64,000 nt of DNA from Azolla caroliniana (lineage: Eukaryota > Plantae > Polypodiophyta). The DNA lies in contig JBHGNT010000008.1 of NCBI GenBank assembly GCA_043228905.1, positions 9,610,001-9,674,000 on the forward strand. Direction: 5' to 3'. This document shows, piece after piece, positions 50,330 through 61,471 of this stretch. Positions within the stretch are counted from its first letter, which is position 1. The number at the start of each line of letters is the position of its first letter. The notes beneath the pieces were generated by a model. It was not told the origin of the DNA. It ran no database searches and was given only the letters and a program-made list of their open reading frames with translations. The position numbers and the translations under genes are program-made.

Positions 50330-53223
50330 TTCGGTGCACATCGCCAAGGAGATGAAGGCCGAGGACAAAACGACGATGATCACACTTCTCATGGAATTTC
50401 GCGATGTGTTCACCTGGTCATACGAAGACATGCGAGGACTCGACCCTCAATTATACCAGCATCAGGTGCACTTGAGCAAGGACGCAAAACCAGTGGCCCA
50501 AAGACGGTACTGGATGAATCCCAATTATGCCGCCAAAGTCAAGGAGGAAATCGACAAACTGCTAAGAGTTGGCTTTATCCGTCTGGTAAAGAAAGCGACA
50601 TGGCTGAGCCCGATCGTAGTCGTACCAAAGAAAAACGGAAAAATTCGAGTTTGTGTGGACTACCGGAAACTCAATGCAGCTACGGTAACGGATGCGTTTC
50701 CACTTTCGTTCACAGATGGAGTGTTGGATGCCGTCGCCGGCCATGAGGTCTACAGTTTCCTAGACGGATTCAGCGGGTATAATCAGATCCGGATGCACCT
50801 CGACGACCAAGAGAAAACGGCTTTCGTCACCGAATAGGGGGTGTTTGTGGCTGTGGTGATGATGTTAGGACTCAAAACGGCACCGGCAACATTTCAACGA
50901 ATCATCATGGAAATCTTTGGAGAATATATTCCGGCTTTTATGCAGGTTTTCCTTGACGATTTTTCCGTCTATAGCCGGGAGGAGGACCATTTTCAGCACC
51001 TCCGCCTTTGTCTAGAAAAGTGTAGAACGTACCGGCTAAGCTTGAATCCGGCAAAGTGTGTATTTGGAGTATCCAGTGGAACTCTATTAGGACATATTGT
51101 GAGCCAAGAAGGTATTGCAGTCGACCCGGACAAAGTGAAAGCCATATTAGAAGCACCGGCGCCGTCAACGGCAAAAGCATTAAGCCGGTTCTTAGGCCAG
51201 ATCCGGTGGTACAACCGGATGCTCCGATACTTGGCCGACCTGGCTACACCGTTGCATGCCGCCGTACATCGGACACCATTCCAGTGGACCGAGACCGAGG
51301 ATAGGGCGTATAGGGCCCTCAAGGTACTATTGTCGCAGGCACCGGTAGTGCAGCCTCCGGATTGGAGTAAAGAATTTCACGTGTTCGTGGACGCCTCCGA
51401 CATCGCAATCGGAAGCGTACTTATGTAGCTTACGGAGCCAAAATGGTACCGGCCAGTATACTATGCCAGCCGGAAGCTATCCCAAGCAGAACGGAACTAC
51501 TCTACCACAGAACGAGAAGCTCTAGGGATGATCTACAGTGTGACAAAGTTTCAGCATTATTTATTGGGAAGGAAGTTTTCCTTCCATGTAGATCATTCGG
51601 CACTCCTTTACCTGGTGTCCAAAGCATCACTCACCGGCAAATTGGCCCGATGGACCTTACTGTTACAGGAATTCGAGTTTGAAATATTCCACCGACTCGG
51701 TATACAGCATGCCGTGGCGGATTACTTAAGCCGATTAGAGTCTGACGGAGTAGCGGATGAGTTTCCGGATGCGGAGCTGTTTCGAGTCACTACGGAGACG
51801 GCAACAGATGAGATGGTGGCCCAGGAAGACAAGTGGCTCACAAATATGCACCAGTTTTTGAGCACGGGACTGCCTCCGGAGGAGATGAACCGGGACGAAC
51901 GGAAACGCCTGGCGGTGCAAAGCCGACATTTCTGCTTACTGCAGGACACACTATACCACAAGGGCGCGGACGGCATATGGAGACGGGCTGTGTGCAGCGA
52001 TGAAAAGGAACTCATACTGAGGGAAGCCCACTGCGGAGTTGCCGGAGGTCACTATGCCGGAGATGCAACGGCCAGGAAAATATGGCAAAGTGGCCTATGG
52101 TGGCCAACGACATTAAGAGATGCGGTACGATACGCAAAAGAATGTGACCTATGCCAGAGAATGGGCCAGCCAACGGAGCAGGCTCGTATGCCACACCAGC
52201 CGGTACTACCACTCGAGCCATTCCAGAAGTGGGGGTTGGACTTTGTGGGACCGTTCAAGCCACCGGCAATGAGAACGGGTAATCGATACGTCATCGTCGC
52301 GACGGATTACTGCACGAAATGGGTGGAGGCCAAAGCATTAAGGGACAACACCGCTGCGTCAACGGCGAAGTTTTTATATGAGTACATCTGGTGCCGTTAC
52401 GGATGCCCAATTGAATTAATAAGCGACCAAGGGGGGCACTTTCTCGGCCAAGTAGTGGAAAGCCTGACGACATTCTATGCCGTTGTCCACAAACGGAGCA
52501 CACCTTACTATCCACAAGCGAACGGTTTAGCGGAATCAATGAACAAGACGCTCCAGAATATCCTCCGGAAGATCGTCAACGAAAACCGAATGGATTGGGA
52601 TACAAAGCTACATAGCGCGCTTTGGGCATTACCGGATGGCATACAAGACGAGCATCCGAACAACACCGTTCCGGTTAGCGTTCGGACTAGAGGCGGTAAT
52701 GCCGGTGGAATTCCAAGTACCCAGCTTACGGATCTAGCTACGGGAACGACTGAACGAGAAGGAGTCGGAGGCAATACGGTTGATAGCGCTGTGTGAACTC
52801 GAGGAACAACGATTGGCCAGCATCCTGCACTTAGAATTGGAGCTACGACGACGGAAAGCATTTGTCGACCGACACAGGAAAGGAAACGAAAAGATGTTCG
52901 CAATCGGCAAACCGGTGTTAGTATTTCAGACCCGGATGGGCAAGATGACGGGTAAACTACGGTTTAGATGGACCGGACCATATTGGCTAACACGGGAGTA
53001 TAATGGGTCCTACCAGTTAGGGACACTTGCCGGCGAAGTGCTAGGAAAATGGGTCAACGGATTCCGGTTGAAGCCATATAGAGGACCGATGCCTAAGAAC
53101 CCATTTGAGCAAAGGACCGACACTAGTGAGGAAAACGGCAACCACCAAGACGGCAGAGACGGCGAGCCGGTAATTGGGGAAAATGAGGCCGGTAAGGGTC
53201 CGAGAGGACCAACGGATAAGTAA
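50330..53223 (+). pseudogene. Athila-like RT, RNase H and integrase of G (few stops/frameshifts), inverted relative to the LTRs
   Basis: ORFs 50292..50837, 50841..51428, 51528..52796 and 52780..53223; close homologue of B pol. Confidence 0.92.
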
Positions 53224-55757
53224 CGTCACACTCAATTAAATTTAAAAAAAAGAAAAAGAAAAAAACAATCATGCAAAAACTGTGTTAACTCTTAGGGCCG
53301 GACAATGGCCTAACACAAGGTGTCTACGGAAGACACTTCACCAAAGGGTGTTACGGCAACCGGATTAGACTCAACGCTGAATCCGACTTAATCAAGTTAC
53401 TTAGCATGATCGTCTTTCATAATCACACGCGTAAGATATAACAATTAAGACAGAACGACAATTAACACAGATAGGTAACAACGCTAAGCTTTTATTAATT
53501 AACCGTTATTCATTACATTGTATCCGGGCCTTTAAATAGGTTTCTGGTCTGTATTACAAAACGGTGCCATCCGCACCTGTTCGGGATCGGTCCGGATCCG
53601 GAACGGCATACCGATTCCGGTCCGTCTGTCCACACTCATAGCTTAATTACAACCACATTCCTATTACTTAAATAACTCTCCGTTTCCCACTCTGGACTCC
53701 TTTGCCGGCCGGTAACACTTTCTTCTTCCAACACTCACTCTCTTTGTGGCCCTTTCAGCCACAATACCAATAGTCTGTGGCCTTTCCTCGCGGGCTCCCC
53801 AGGACCACTTGGACTCCCCTTGCTTGTGGAGGGTCCACAGTTGTCCGCACTTCCTTTATGCCTCTAATTCTACTCCTGTCGGCGACCTCCATTGTGTGGC
53901 TCCACGGCTACTAGGCCTATCTACCTTCATGTCCAACATCTTGTTGTTGTCTTGCATGCTTGTTGATGCACACACTTGATTTTCTTCCTCGTGCAGACCA
54001 TTGTTCGGAATTATTAGAACTTCTGCATCAAACCTCTTAGGCAGACCTGCACCATTTCATCTTCTTCAACAGTTACATTGATGGAGGTGAGGGAGTCGTA
54101 GATCTCCTTGATTGTGGAGGTGTAATCAGCCACCGATACGTCTCTTTGCCGGACATTGCTTAGCTTTTGTCTGACCTGCAACTTCCTGGCCATCGTTGTT
54201 GCAGCGATGATCCTCTTCAGGTTTGCCCAAGCTTCCTTTGGCGACTTGGCATCGCTGATATAGCTTCCTTTGGTGTTGTATCGTTAGCTCCTTCGACATA
54301 GCTCCAATACCCATGTATGAGCAAGTACAAGTGTATCTTGTATCACCAAGGTGCTTAGTTGCTCTTGTGGAGCTTTTTCGTCAAAAGGGAGTTGCACATT
54401 CCTCTAGCCATGCTCATTTCTATTCTTGTCTAGAAGATGAGCTGATTAAGTTTGTTGGCTATAGAGGATCTTCAAACCTCGCACTCTAATACCATGCAAA
54501 AGAATAACATTTGCGGAATCTTGTAAAGAAGACACAACTAGCTCAATCGGACACCTGTAGATAATTAGGTATACATAGAGGAGACAAAGAGAAACTAAGT
54601 AGAGAAGACAACGAACTTTCTATTCAAAAGTAATTGTTCTCAATAGTTACAAGTGTGCGCAACGAGCACTTTTATACAAGCCCTGACAGTGGGCTGACAC
54701 AAGTACTCACAAGTACTTTAATGTTGGCATTAGAGTATCTGACATTGACCGTACCTAATATTCCTAATACTAAGAATAGGAATAAAGGCCTCCAATGGCA
54801 TGTTGGCTTTCCTAGCCGATCCAACATTTGGATTCTTCAACCAATCAGGTATTCGGCCTCCAACCAATCCTACCAGCTATCAACTTCTTCAGTCGATCCT
54901 TTAGCTAGTTCGGCTTTATGTTGAGCTTGTCTCTCAACATAAAATCTATGTCAATCTCAAGTACATAATATATTCAAATGCATCAGCAAACATTCTTTTT
55001 CATACATTTGCAAACGAATGGATATGTTATCAAAACTTTTTTGTGATTTCTTTTTGCACTTTTTACCTTTAAATTTTTTTACCTTATAACAAATAATGAA
55101 TACAAAATTATAGTATTTACCATTTGAGGGTGTTTACCATACTCAAACAATTGGAACATTCTCGAATGTGGATGCATGTATGGTATGTAGGGTTCATCCT
55201 ATGAGATTCTCAACCTATACCATATGTTGTTAATGAGTAATGGGAGAATGAGGGGATAAAAAGAGTCTTGTGGGAGCATGTCACCCTTGTGTAGAGTGTG
55301 TCTTTTCACAAAACATTCACATTCACTTTTGAATATTGCCAATGGTTGAATGATATGACCCTATTGGACCTCTCATTTTGCATTACCCCATTACATGCAT
55401 TTCTTTTGTTCTTTGCCATCCCAAAATGCATATGGTAAGGATGCACAATTATGCTATAAAAACATATGCATCACAAATTGGGGATATTTTCAAATGGGAA
55501 CAAAATAGGTAACAACCTATCGTCCCTTATAATGCAAGAAAACCAATGTCCAATGAGGTCCCGCAACGTCCTCTCTAAATACACCACTATAGTTGAATGT
55601 GTCGTCTCTTGAGGCATAATAGTTTGGAATATATATATATACACACACACAAAGAGAGAGGGGGTCTATATTAAATCTATAATAACAAATGCATTTATAA
55701 ATTTTTCGAGGACTCTATGATTCACCATAAATGAAAATATTAATAATATAAGTGGTG

Positions 55758-56402
55758 TGTGGGGCACTCAAACAGTCCCAACTTGAAAACAACCCCAAGA
55801 TGAGTCTGGACAAACCCAAGTAGCCTCAAAAGGAGTTGGGACATTCCCAAATAGCCCCAATCAAAGTTGGGACAATCCCAACGAGTCATAAGCAAATTTG
55901 GAACAAGCTCACGCAGTCCCAAATAGAGTTGGGACAACCCCGATCAACAAGCCGTCCCAATATGAGTTGGGTCTACAAAAGGAACTTGTCCTACTTCTTA
56001 CTACAGAAAAGACGCCACCTCGGGTTGGGATAACTAGTCGCAACAGCTAGCCCTCCCTATGGCTAGTCCAACGGCCACATCGTGGCCTAGATAAGGAGGA
56101 GCCTCTCCTCATATTTGTTGATTCCTGATCTTTGAGTTCTACTCTCTCCCATTGTAATATAGAACACTCTCTAGCCCCTTTTAATCTTTTAGTTTTGCCC
56201 CAACATTGGGACTATTGTAATATTGTATAATAATCTAGGGTCATCGCATGGTGTTTGTATTTGCCCATCCTTAAAACCACAAAGAATGTTCGACAAGAAT
56301 ATGTTGAGAAGATAACCAAACCCTAAAGTCCATGCTTTTTAAATAAAGGAAAAGCCTTAAACTATTTAAAATTTTGAACGACTTCTTTAGACACTTTTCA
56401 CA
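55758..56402. repeat. Possible solo LTR with GTCCCAA/TTGGGAC motifs
   Basis: TG...CA ends and repeated internal motif; no TSD confirmed. Confidence 0.35.
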
Positions 56403-56728
56403 TAGGTTCAACACATACCAAACTTCGTGGATAACTATTGAATGATCCTCTTTGGAATGATTTTTCGACCCAAAAGGGGTGGTGTGTTGGTGGGATGTCC
56501 ACTTCTACTTTACATAGTCCATGCATAATAACTATGGGCGATATGTATGTCCCATACATCATCAATAGATATTTCATTCTCATTCCAATTATTATTGTAT
56601 TGGCACCTTTAGCCTTTTTAAAGTGCATGATATCTTGTATTGGCACCTTTAGCCTTTTTAAAGTGCATGTGATATCATGGAGTTCTAACTTTAATCTCTT
56701 TGGTCTTGGGCTTTTTCAATTGTTAAAA

Positions 56729-56788
<60 letters not shown>

Positions 56789-57338
56789 GTCCACCTCCCT
56801 TGTCTCTCTCATGCACGCACACTCTCTCTTCCAGACTCCATGTTAAACTCCTACATAGCCCCAGCTTGCCAATATTATGAGGTGTATTATTTTTATCCAC
56901 TTGGGAAAGGGACAAGGGCAATCACATACTCCACATACTTCCAAGTCACATCATTACAACTTAAGACACATGATGATGCACAAGCTGCTTTTGAAACTAT
57001 TGTTTCCATTTCCAAATATTTAATGCAATGGCTTTCATGTACATACTCTAATAAGAGAATTTTAACGAAGAACTGTTTAATGATTTAGTTTCCATAAATT
57101 TAAACGAATTGGGAAGGAGGTTTTCAAAGTCCATTTACAATTAATTTATCATGCATTTTTGCAATACCTTTTTGCTACGCTTTCTATTATACGCTTGCAT
57201 GACTTGCAAATTGTGAGATCTTTCAATATTTTGGAATACAATATGATTAAATATGACAATAATAAGAAATTCCAACATTGAAGTTGAACATGAGTTACTA
57301 TTACATTTTCGGCAATGCCATTGTATGTATATGTGCAG

Positions 57339-57509
57339 GTGCATGTATCCCAAATGGAGAAACAATTATACCATATTCTCATACATTGCAAGAAAAGTGA
57401 TAATGTGTTGGTTCAACTATGTCGAGCTATAGAAGCTATCGAAATTAATATTTTGACTGCCAACATCACCTCACATGGCAATCACATTTTCCAAACTTTA
57501 ACTATCCAG
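57339..57509 (+). CDS. bHLH exon 3 (ACT-like domain)
   Basis: TGCAG|GTG; VHVSQMEKQLYHILIHCKKSDNVLVQLCRAIEAIEINILTANIT; CAG|GTAATA; phase 0, consistent with exon 2. Confidence 0.88.
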
Positions 57510-58179
57510 GTAATATTCATTATTAGTTTCTTCCTTAACTTCCCCAACTATCACAAATTGTTTAATTCTATCATAAATAGCAATATAAACGTTAAAACAT
57601 GTGAATATATACTCAATATTAATGATAAATGATAAGTAAGGGTATGAACATCAACACTATATAAACAAACTAAAAATTGACACTATCATCATTTGCTAAA
57701 TCTCCAAATCAATGCATGATTATTGGTAGTAAGATTCAAATCATTCTTTCACGGATTTCTCCATGTTAGGATCTCAAATAATGTATTGTTAATTTCCACT
57801 ATTAGAAAGATTTGTATTTCCCAAAAAGGGTTTTTTATTATCCAAGATAGGTTCCAAAATGACCTTTACTCATGTTTTACCAAATCATATTAGAATGGGT
57901 TTAGAAAAGGGGATGATTGACATCAAAATAGTTATGACAATCACAATGGTTATCAAAATATGAATTGTGGTATTATTATTTGATCAATATGTAATCGATC
58001 GAGCTTCACTCTATGTTTAAGACATAAATAAATAGAACTTCTTATAGTAATATGTATCAATTTGTTGTTGCTTATGTAGGTAATCAAATAGCTAGCTATT
58101 TAGTTGTTTGTATTTCACATTTAATATCATTATCTTTTTGAATGTTTGCTAATAATTCATCTTCTTGATCATTCTCAAG

Positions 58180-58269
58180 GTTAAAAGCAATTTTTTGAGA
58201 ACAATTGAAGACGTTCGACAAATGATAATTCATACCACATCTATATTTGGACTTTACTTACAAAGTTGA
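58180..58269 (+). CDS. bHLH exon 4 (terminal; absent from the ORF track)
   Basis: Pyrimidine-rich TTCTCAAG| acceptor; VKSNFLRTIEDVRQMIIHTTSIFGLYLQS* plausibly supplies the last ACT-like helix. Confidence 0.7.
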   Translation, partial: VKSNFLRTIEDVRQMIIHTTSIFGLYLQS

Positions 58270-58723
58270 GTGTCACTGGTTGTTCCTCATGTCATGAAGC
58301 ACTATACATTTGGGAATCATAATTTAAGATAAATATTGTCTACATCTGCATTGATTGGTCTATTGAACTCTTATTTTTGAGAAGCATAAATATGTTTCCC
58401 TTAGTTGTGTCAAGGTCATATGAAAACACTTATGTATAATTTTTTTTACGACTTTCATCATGACTATGCAAATCAATTGTTTTTAAAATCTTTGTAAGTA
58501 CTAGATGAAGTTTGTGCCATATCTCAATATCTTAAGCATCAATTTCAATCGTATTACATACTATGTTGAATCCATACTAAGGTCTGTAAAGGATATGCGA
58601 GTAACCTGTGCCACATACCATTTAACAATTCAAAGATTGAATGATAATATAAACCTAAGTTTGCATTGCATAGCATTCAAATGTGGGTTATTCTTCTAGT
58701 GAGAAGGGAATTTAGAGTATTGG

Positions 58724-59224
58724 TAGCAGTTGGAACAATTTGGTTTGGTTAAACTCAAACAATTTAAGTAAATTGAAACTTAAACAAAACAAAACCAAAT
58801 CTTGAAACTATAAATCAAAATTCTTCAAACTGAATTATTAAAGAAAATCTAAGTTCAAGCCAAACAATTTTAGACATTTCCAAATCGTTAAATAAGACAA
58901 TGGCTTCACAGTTTGGTTTCGGTTTTCAAGGTAAGTCAAATTTCAAATTTTGAAATTTGTCAATATTTTAAAATTTAATTTTTTTTCTTAAAGTCTCATA
59001 ATTAGGGCTGAAAAATGTTGTTTAAAAAAATAATAAAAAATAAATTAATATCTAAGTGTCAATTCTAAACCGTTTAACAACCAAATTGTTGACCCCCAAA
59101 CCGAACCTTCTACAAAATTTTGTACTTAAACAAAACATAATTGGACCGTTCAAACCATTAAGCTGTTAAGTTGTGGTTTAGCGGTTCAATTTGGTTCAAA
59201 TGAAACCCTTGCAGATTATTGCTA
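58724..59224. mobile_element. hAT-type MITE downstream of the bHLH gene
   Basis: TAGCA...TGCTA termini; 8-bp TSD AGTATTGG / ACTATTGG; AAACC motifs. Confidence 0.7.
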
Positions 59225-59878
59225 ACTATTGGCACTACTTAGTTTGCATAAAGGCATGTTTAAATCTCTTTCAAATTACCTCATCCTATGTATCATATTT
59301 TAATTCCTTGAGTTCATTCTAGAAAGAAAGACAAACCTTGTATCTAAACCATAAACAAGGATCCATTTAACGGTGCCATATAACACTTCACTTAAACCAT
59401 TTGCAAATAGGATCATATGACATTTTTGAAGGCATATCAAGAGATGCACAACAATTACACACGTCAAATCATCCCATTTCCCCATGTATGATGATAAATG
59501 ACATAACTACATGACTACACATGAAAGATAATTATGCTTTCAAAAGAACTACATAGAACATGCAACACATATACATCTTGCACATAGGTTTGGAACAAGT
59601 GTTATGGAAATGTGGAAAATAATAACTAAATAAATAAATAAAGAGATATAATAATATAAATAAATAAGAATTATATTTCTTATAAAGTTGGTTTCCTTCA
59701 TTAGAAGGAAACTCCATTGGTGGTGGTATGCTATAAAGCCACCACGACCCACTATACAAGTAGGGTGTTTTCTATTAAGATAATATTAGGAATCGACAAT
59801 GGTTTGGGTTAGGATTAAGCTTAACCGGTTTGGCCTATCCAAGCCAAACAAGTTAAGCGTAAACCGGTTTAAGCTTAA

Positions 59879-60263
59879 TGTAAAGAATCAAGAGATGGCT
59901 TCTTGTGTAGTGGAAGAGATGTGAACTATGTGTGTGTATGAGAGAGAGTGAGAGAGACAAGGAGTAAGACACAGAGAATACACAAGGTAAAAATATATTA
60001 ACAAAGGAGAAAGATTCAACCAAATACAAGGTGGGAGGAGGGTGTTTTATATAGTCACCCTCTCTCTTCATTAACTACAAGACTCATGGAGCATGGGGAA
60101 TGTGAAAGCTCATAAGTTATGTGTCATAGAATATGATTCTATGACTTATACTAAATGCTAGAATACAAAGTGGTGACATAATGGTGACTCTTGACTGTTG
60201 GAGTGTCTGTTCACTCTCAAGGTGAGTTCACACACTAGACCAAGTTGAGCTTGATTCTCAACA
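59879..60263 (-). mobile_element. Copia solo LTR (D/E-family start TGTTGAGAATCAAGCTCAAC) inside a MITE-like element
   Basis: TG...CA; TSD CTTAA at 59874-59878 and 60264-60268. Confidence 0.85.
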
Positions 60264-60572
60264 CTTAACCAGTTTGCCTAAATTGGTTCGGAACCGGTTT
60301 GGAGCTCCCACCTATACACAAAACTCAATTATAGTAGGAACCTTACCATAATACCTTTTGAGTTCATTGTCCAGTCTAAGAGATAGTAAATCTTTAATAT
60401 GCTAAACATATTTAACTAGAATCAAGTCATCTACTGCCGCCTTTTTCCATCCATGTTCACCTGCTCTCCATTGATGCTTAAACGCTCCACAATCCCTCAC
60501 CATTCCGCATGGTCATCCACGTTTCCGAGGTTCTTTCAATAACCTCAAATGTTGAAATTGTGGCAAGATCTA

Positions 60573-61270
60573 TGTAAAAGGTTAGATGTGGAAGCTCTTG
60601 AACAACAGACACAACTAGCTTAGCCGAACACCATGAGACAATTAGGTAGACACAGAGAGAGTCAGAGTTCAGTAGACAACAACAACTATATTCAAAAATA
60701 TAAGACTCTATACATGATGATGTGCTCATTGAGCACCTTTTATACAAGTCCTCCAAAGACTGACACAAGTACTAGCAAGTACTTTAATGCTCATTATTCC
60801 TATTTACTAAAATAAGAATATAGGCCCTAATGGCCTATCAGTTGTCAACCGCTCTTTGTCTGATCTGGCTTCCAACTTGTTTAGCTGATCCGACCCATGT
60901 CACTCAACACTTCCCCTCAAGCTCACTTGAGGTTCTTCGTCAGCTTTATTTGGTCCATCACTCAAGCTTGTCCTAGCTTCACGCCTCCTTGCTTGCGCTC
61001 CACGACTCGTCCGGTCCCGTGCTCCTCGACCTTTCCGGTCATCTTGTTGGCTTCCAAGGCCTTCTTCTTGCCTCTACAAATTTTCCGCCCTTCGACTTGC
61101 CGGATCCTCCATATCGACTACCTCTTGATACATTTGGCATTCATATGATTTGGCTCATTCGAATCATTCCTTTCGACCGAACCGACTATCCCCCAATCGT
61201 CTTCAATCTGGCCTTTGGCTATGTTAGGCCAAGTTTTTCCGACTTTCTTCTCTTCTTGGGTGAAATCATA
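60573..61270 (-). mobile_element. Truncated E1-family copia 3' end (LTR 60573-60909, PPT, 3' tail)
   Basis: LTR similar to 37233-37686; PPT rc CTTCCCCTCAAG at 60910. Confidence 0.75.
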
Positions 61271-61471
61271 TTAATGGAAACACTATTATAGCTAACATGT
61301 AGCAAAACTGACCACAACTAAGTAGTTTTTTTATAGCTAATTTTTAGTGGGAAAATCTTAAAGATACATATCATTTATTATGGGGATGGAAATATTACCA
61401 TTTATGGTTGTTATCCATTCCTTTGGAAAACAACTTCGATGAGCCCACAGGCTATCAGTGTCAAGGGATCG

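Larger units (their letters stand above)
47091..53717 (-). mobile_element. Element G: Athila-like, LTRs and third ORF on the minus strand, pol inverted, gag/PR missing, no TSD
   Basis: 435-bp LTRs at 47091-47525 and 53283-53717 (~12 substitutions). On the minus strand TATTTAAA precedes AATAAA, and the start TGTTACCGGCCGGCAAAGG resembles the B LTR start. Confidence 0.88.
37233..54939 (-). mobile_element. Element E1: old copia forming the outer shell of the intron-2 nest
   Basis: Diverged LTRs at 37233-37686 and 54495-54939; TSD TAAAA at 37228-37232 and 54940-54944; degenerate iMet PBS at 54484-54494; gag remnant 53718-54420; RH end at ~38100-38218. Confidence 0.8.

Noticed and set aside
49466-50431. 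321-aa ORF starting MSSYDQ with an apparent signal/TM segment
   Set aside because: The N-terminal part is the antisense of the inverted pol block; the likely real start is MDPQ at 50181.
33363-59224. Composite hAT transposon capturing the bHLH gene between related MITE ends
   Set aside because: Each MITE has its own 8-bp TSD, so they are independent insertions.
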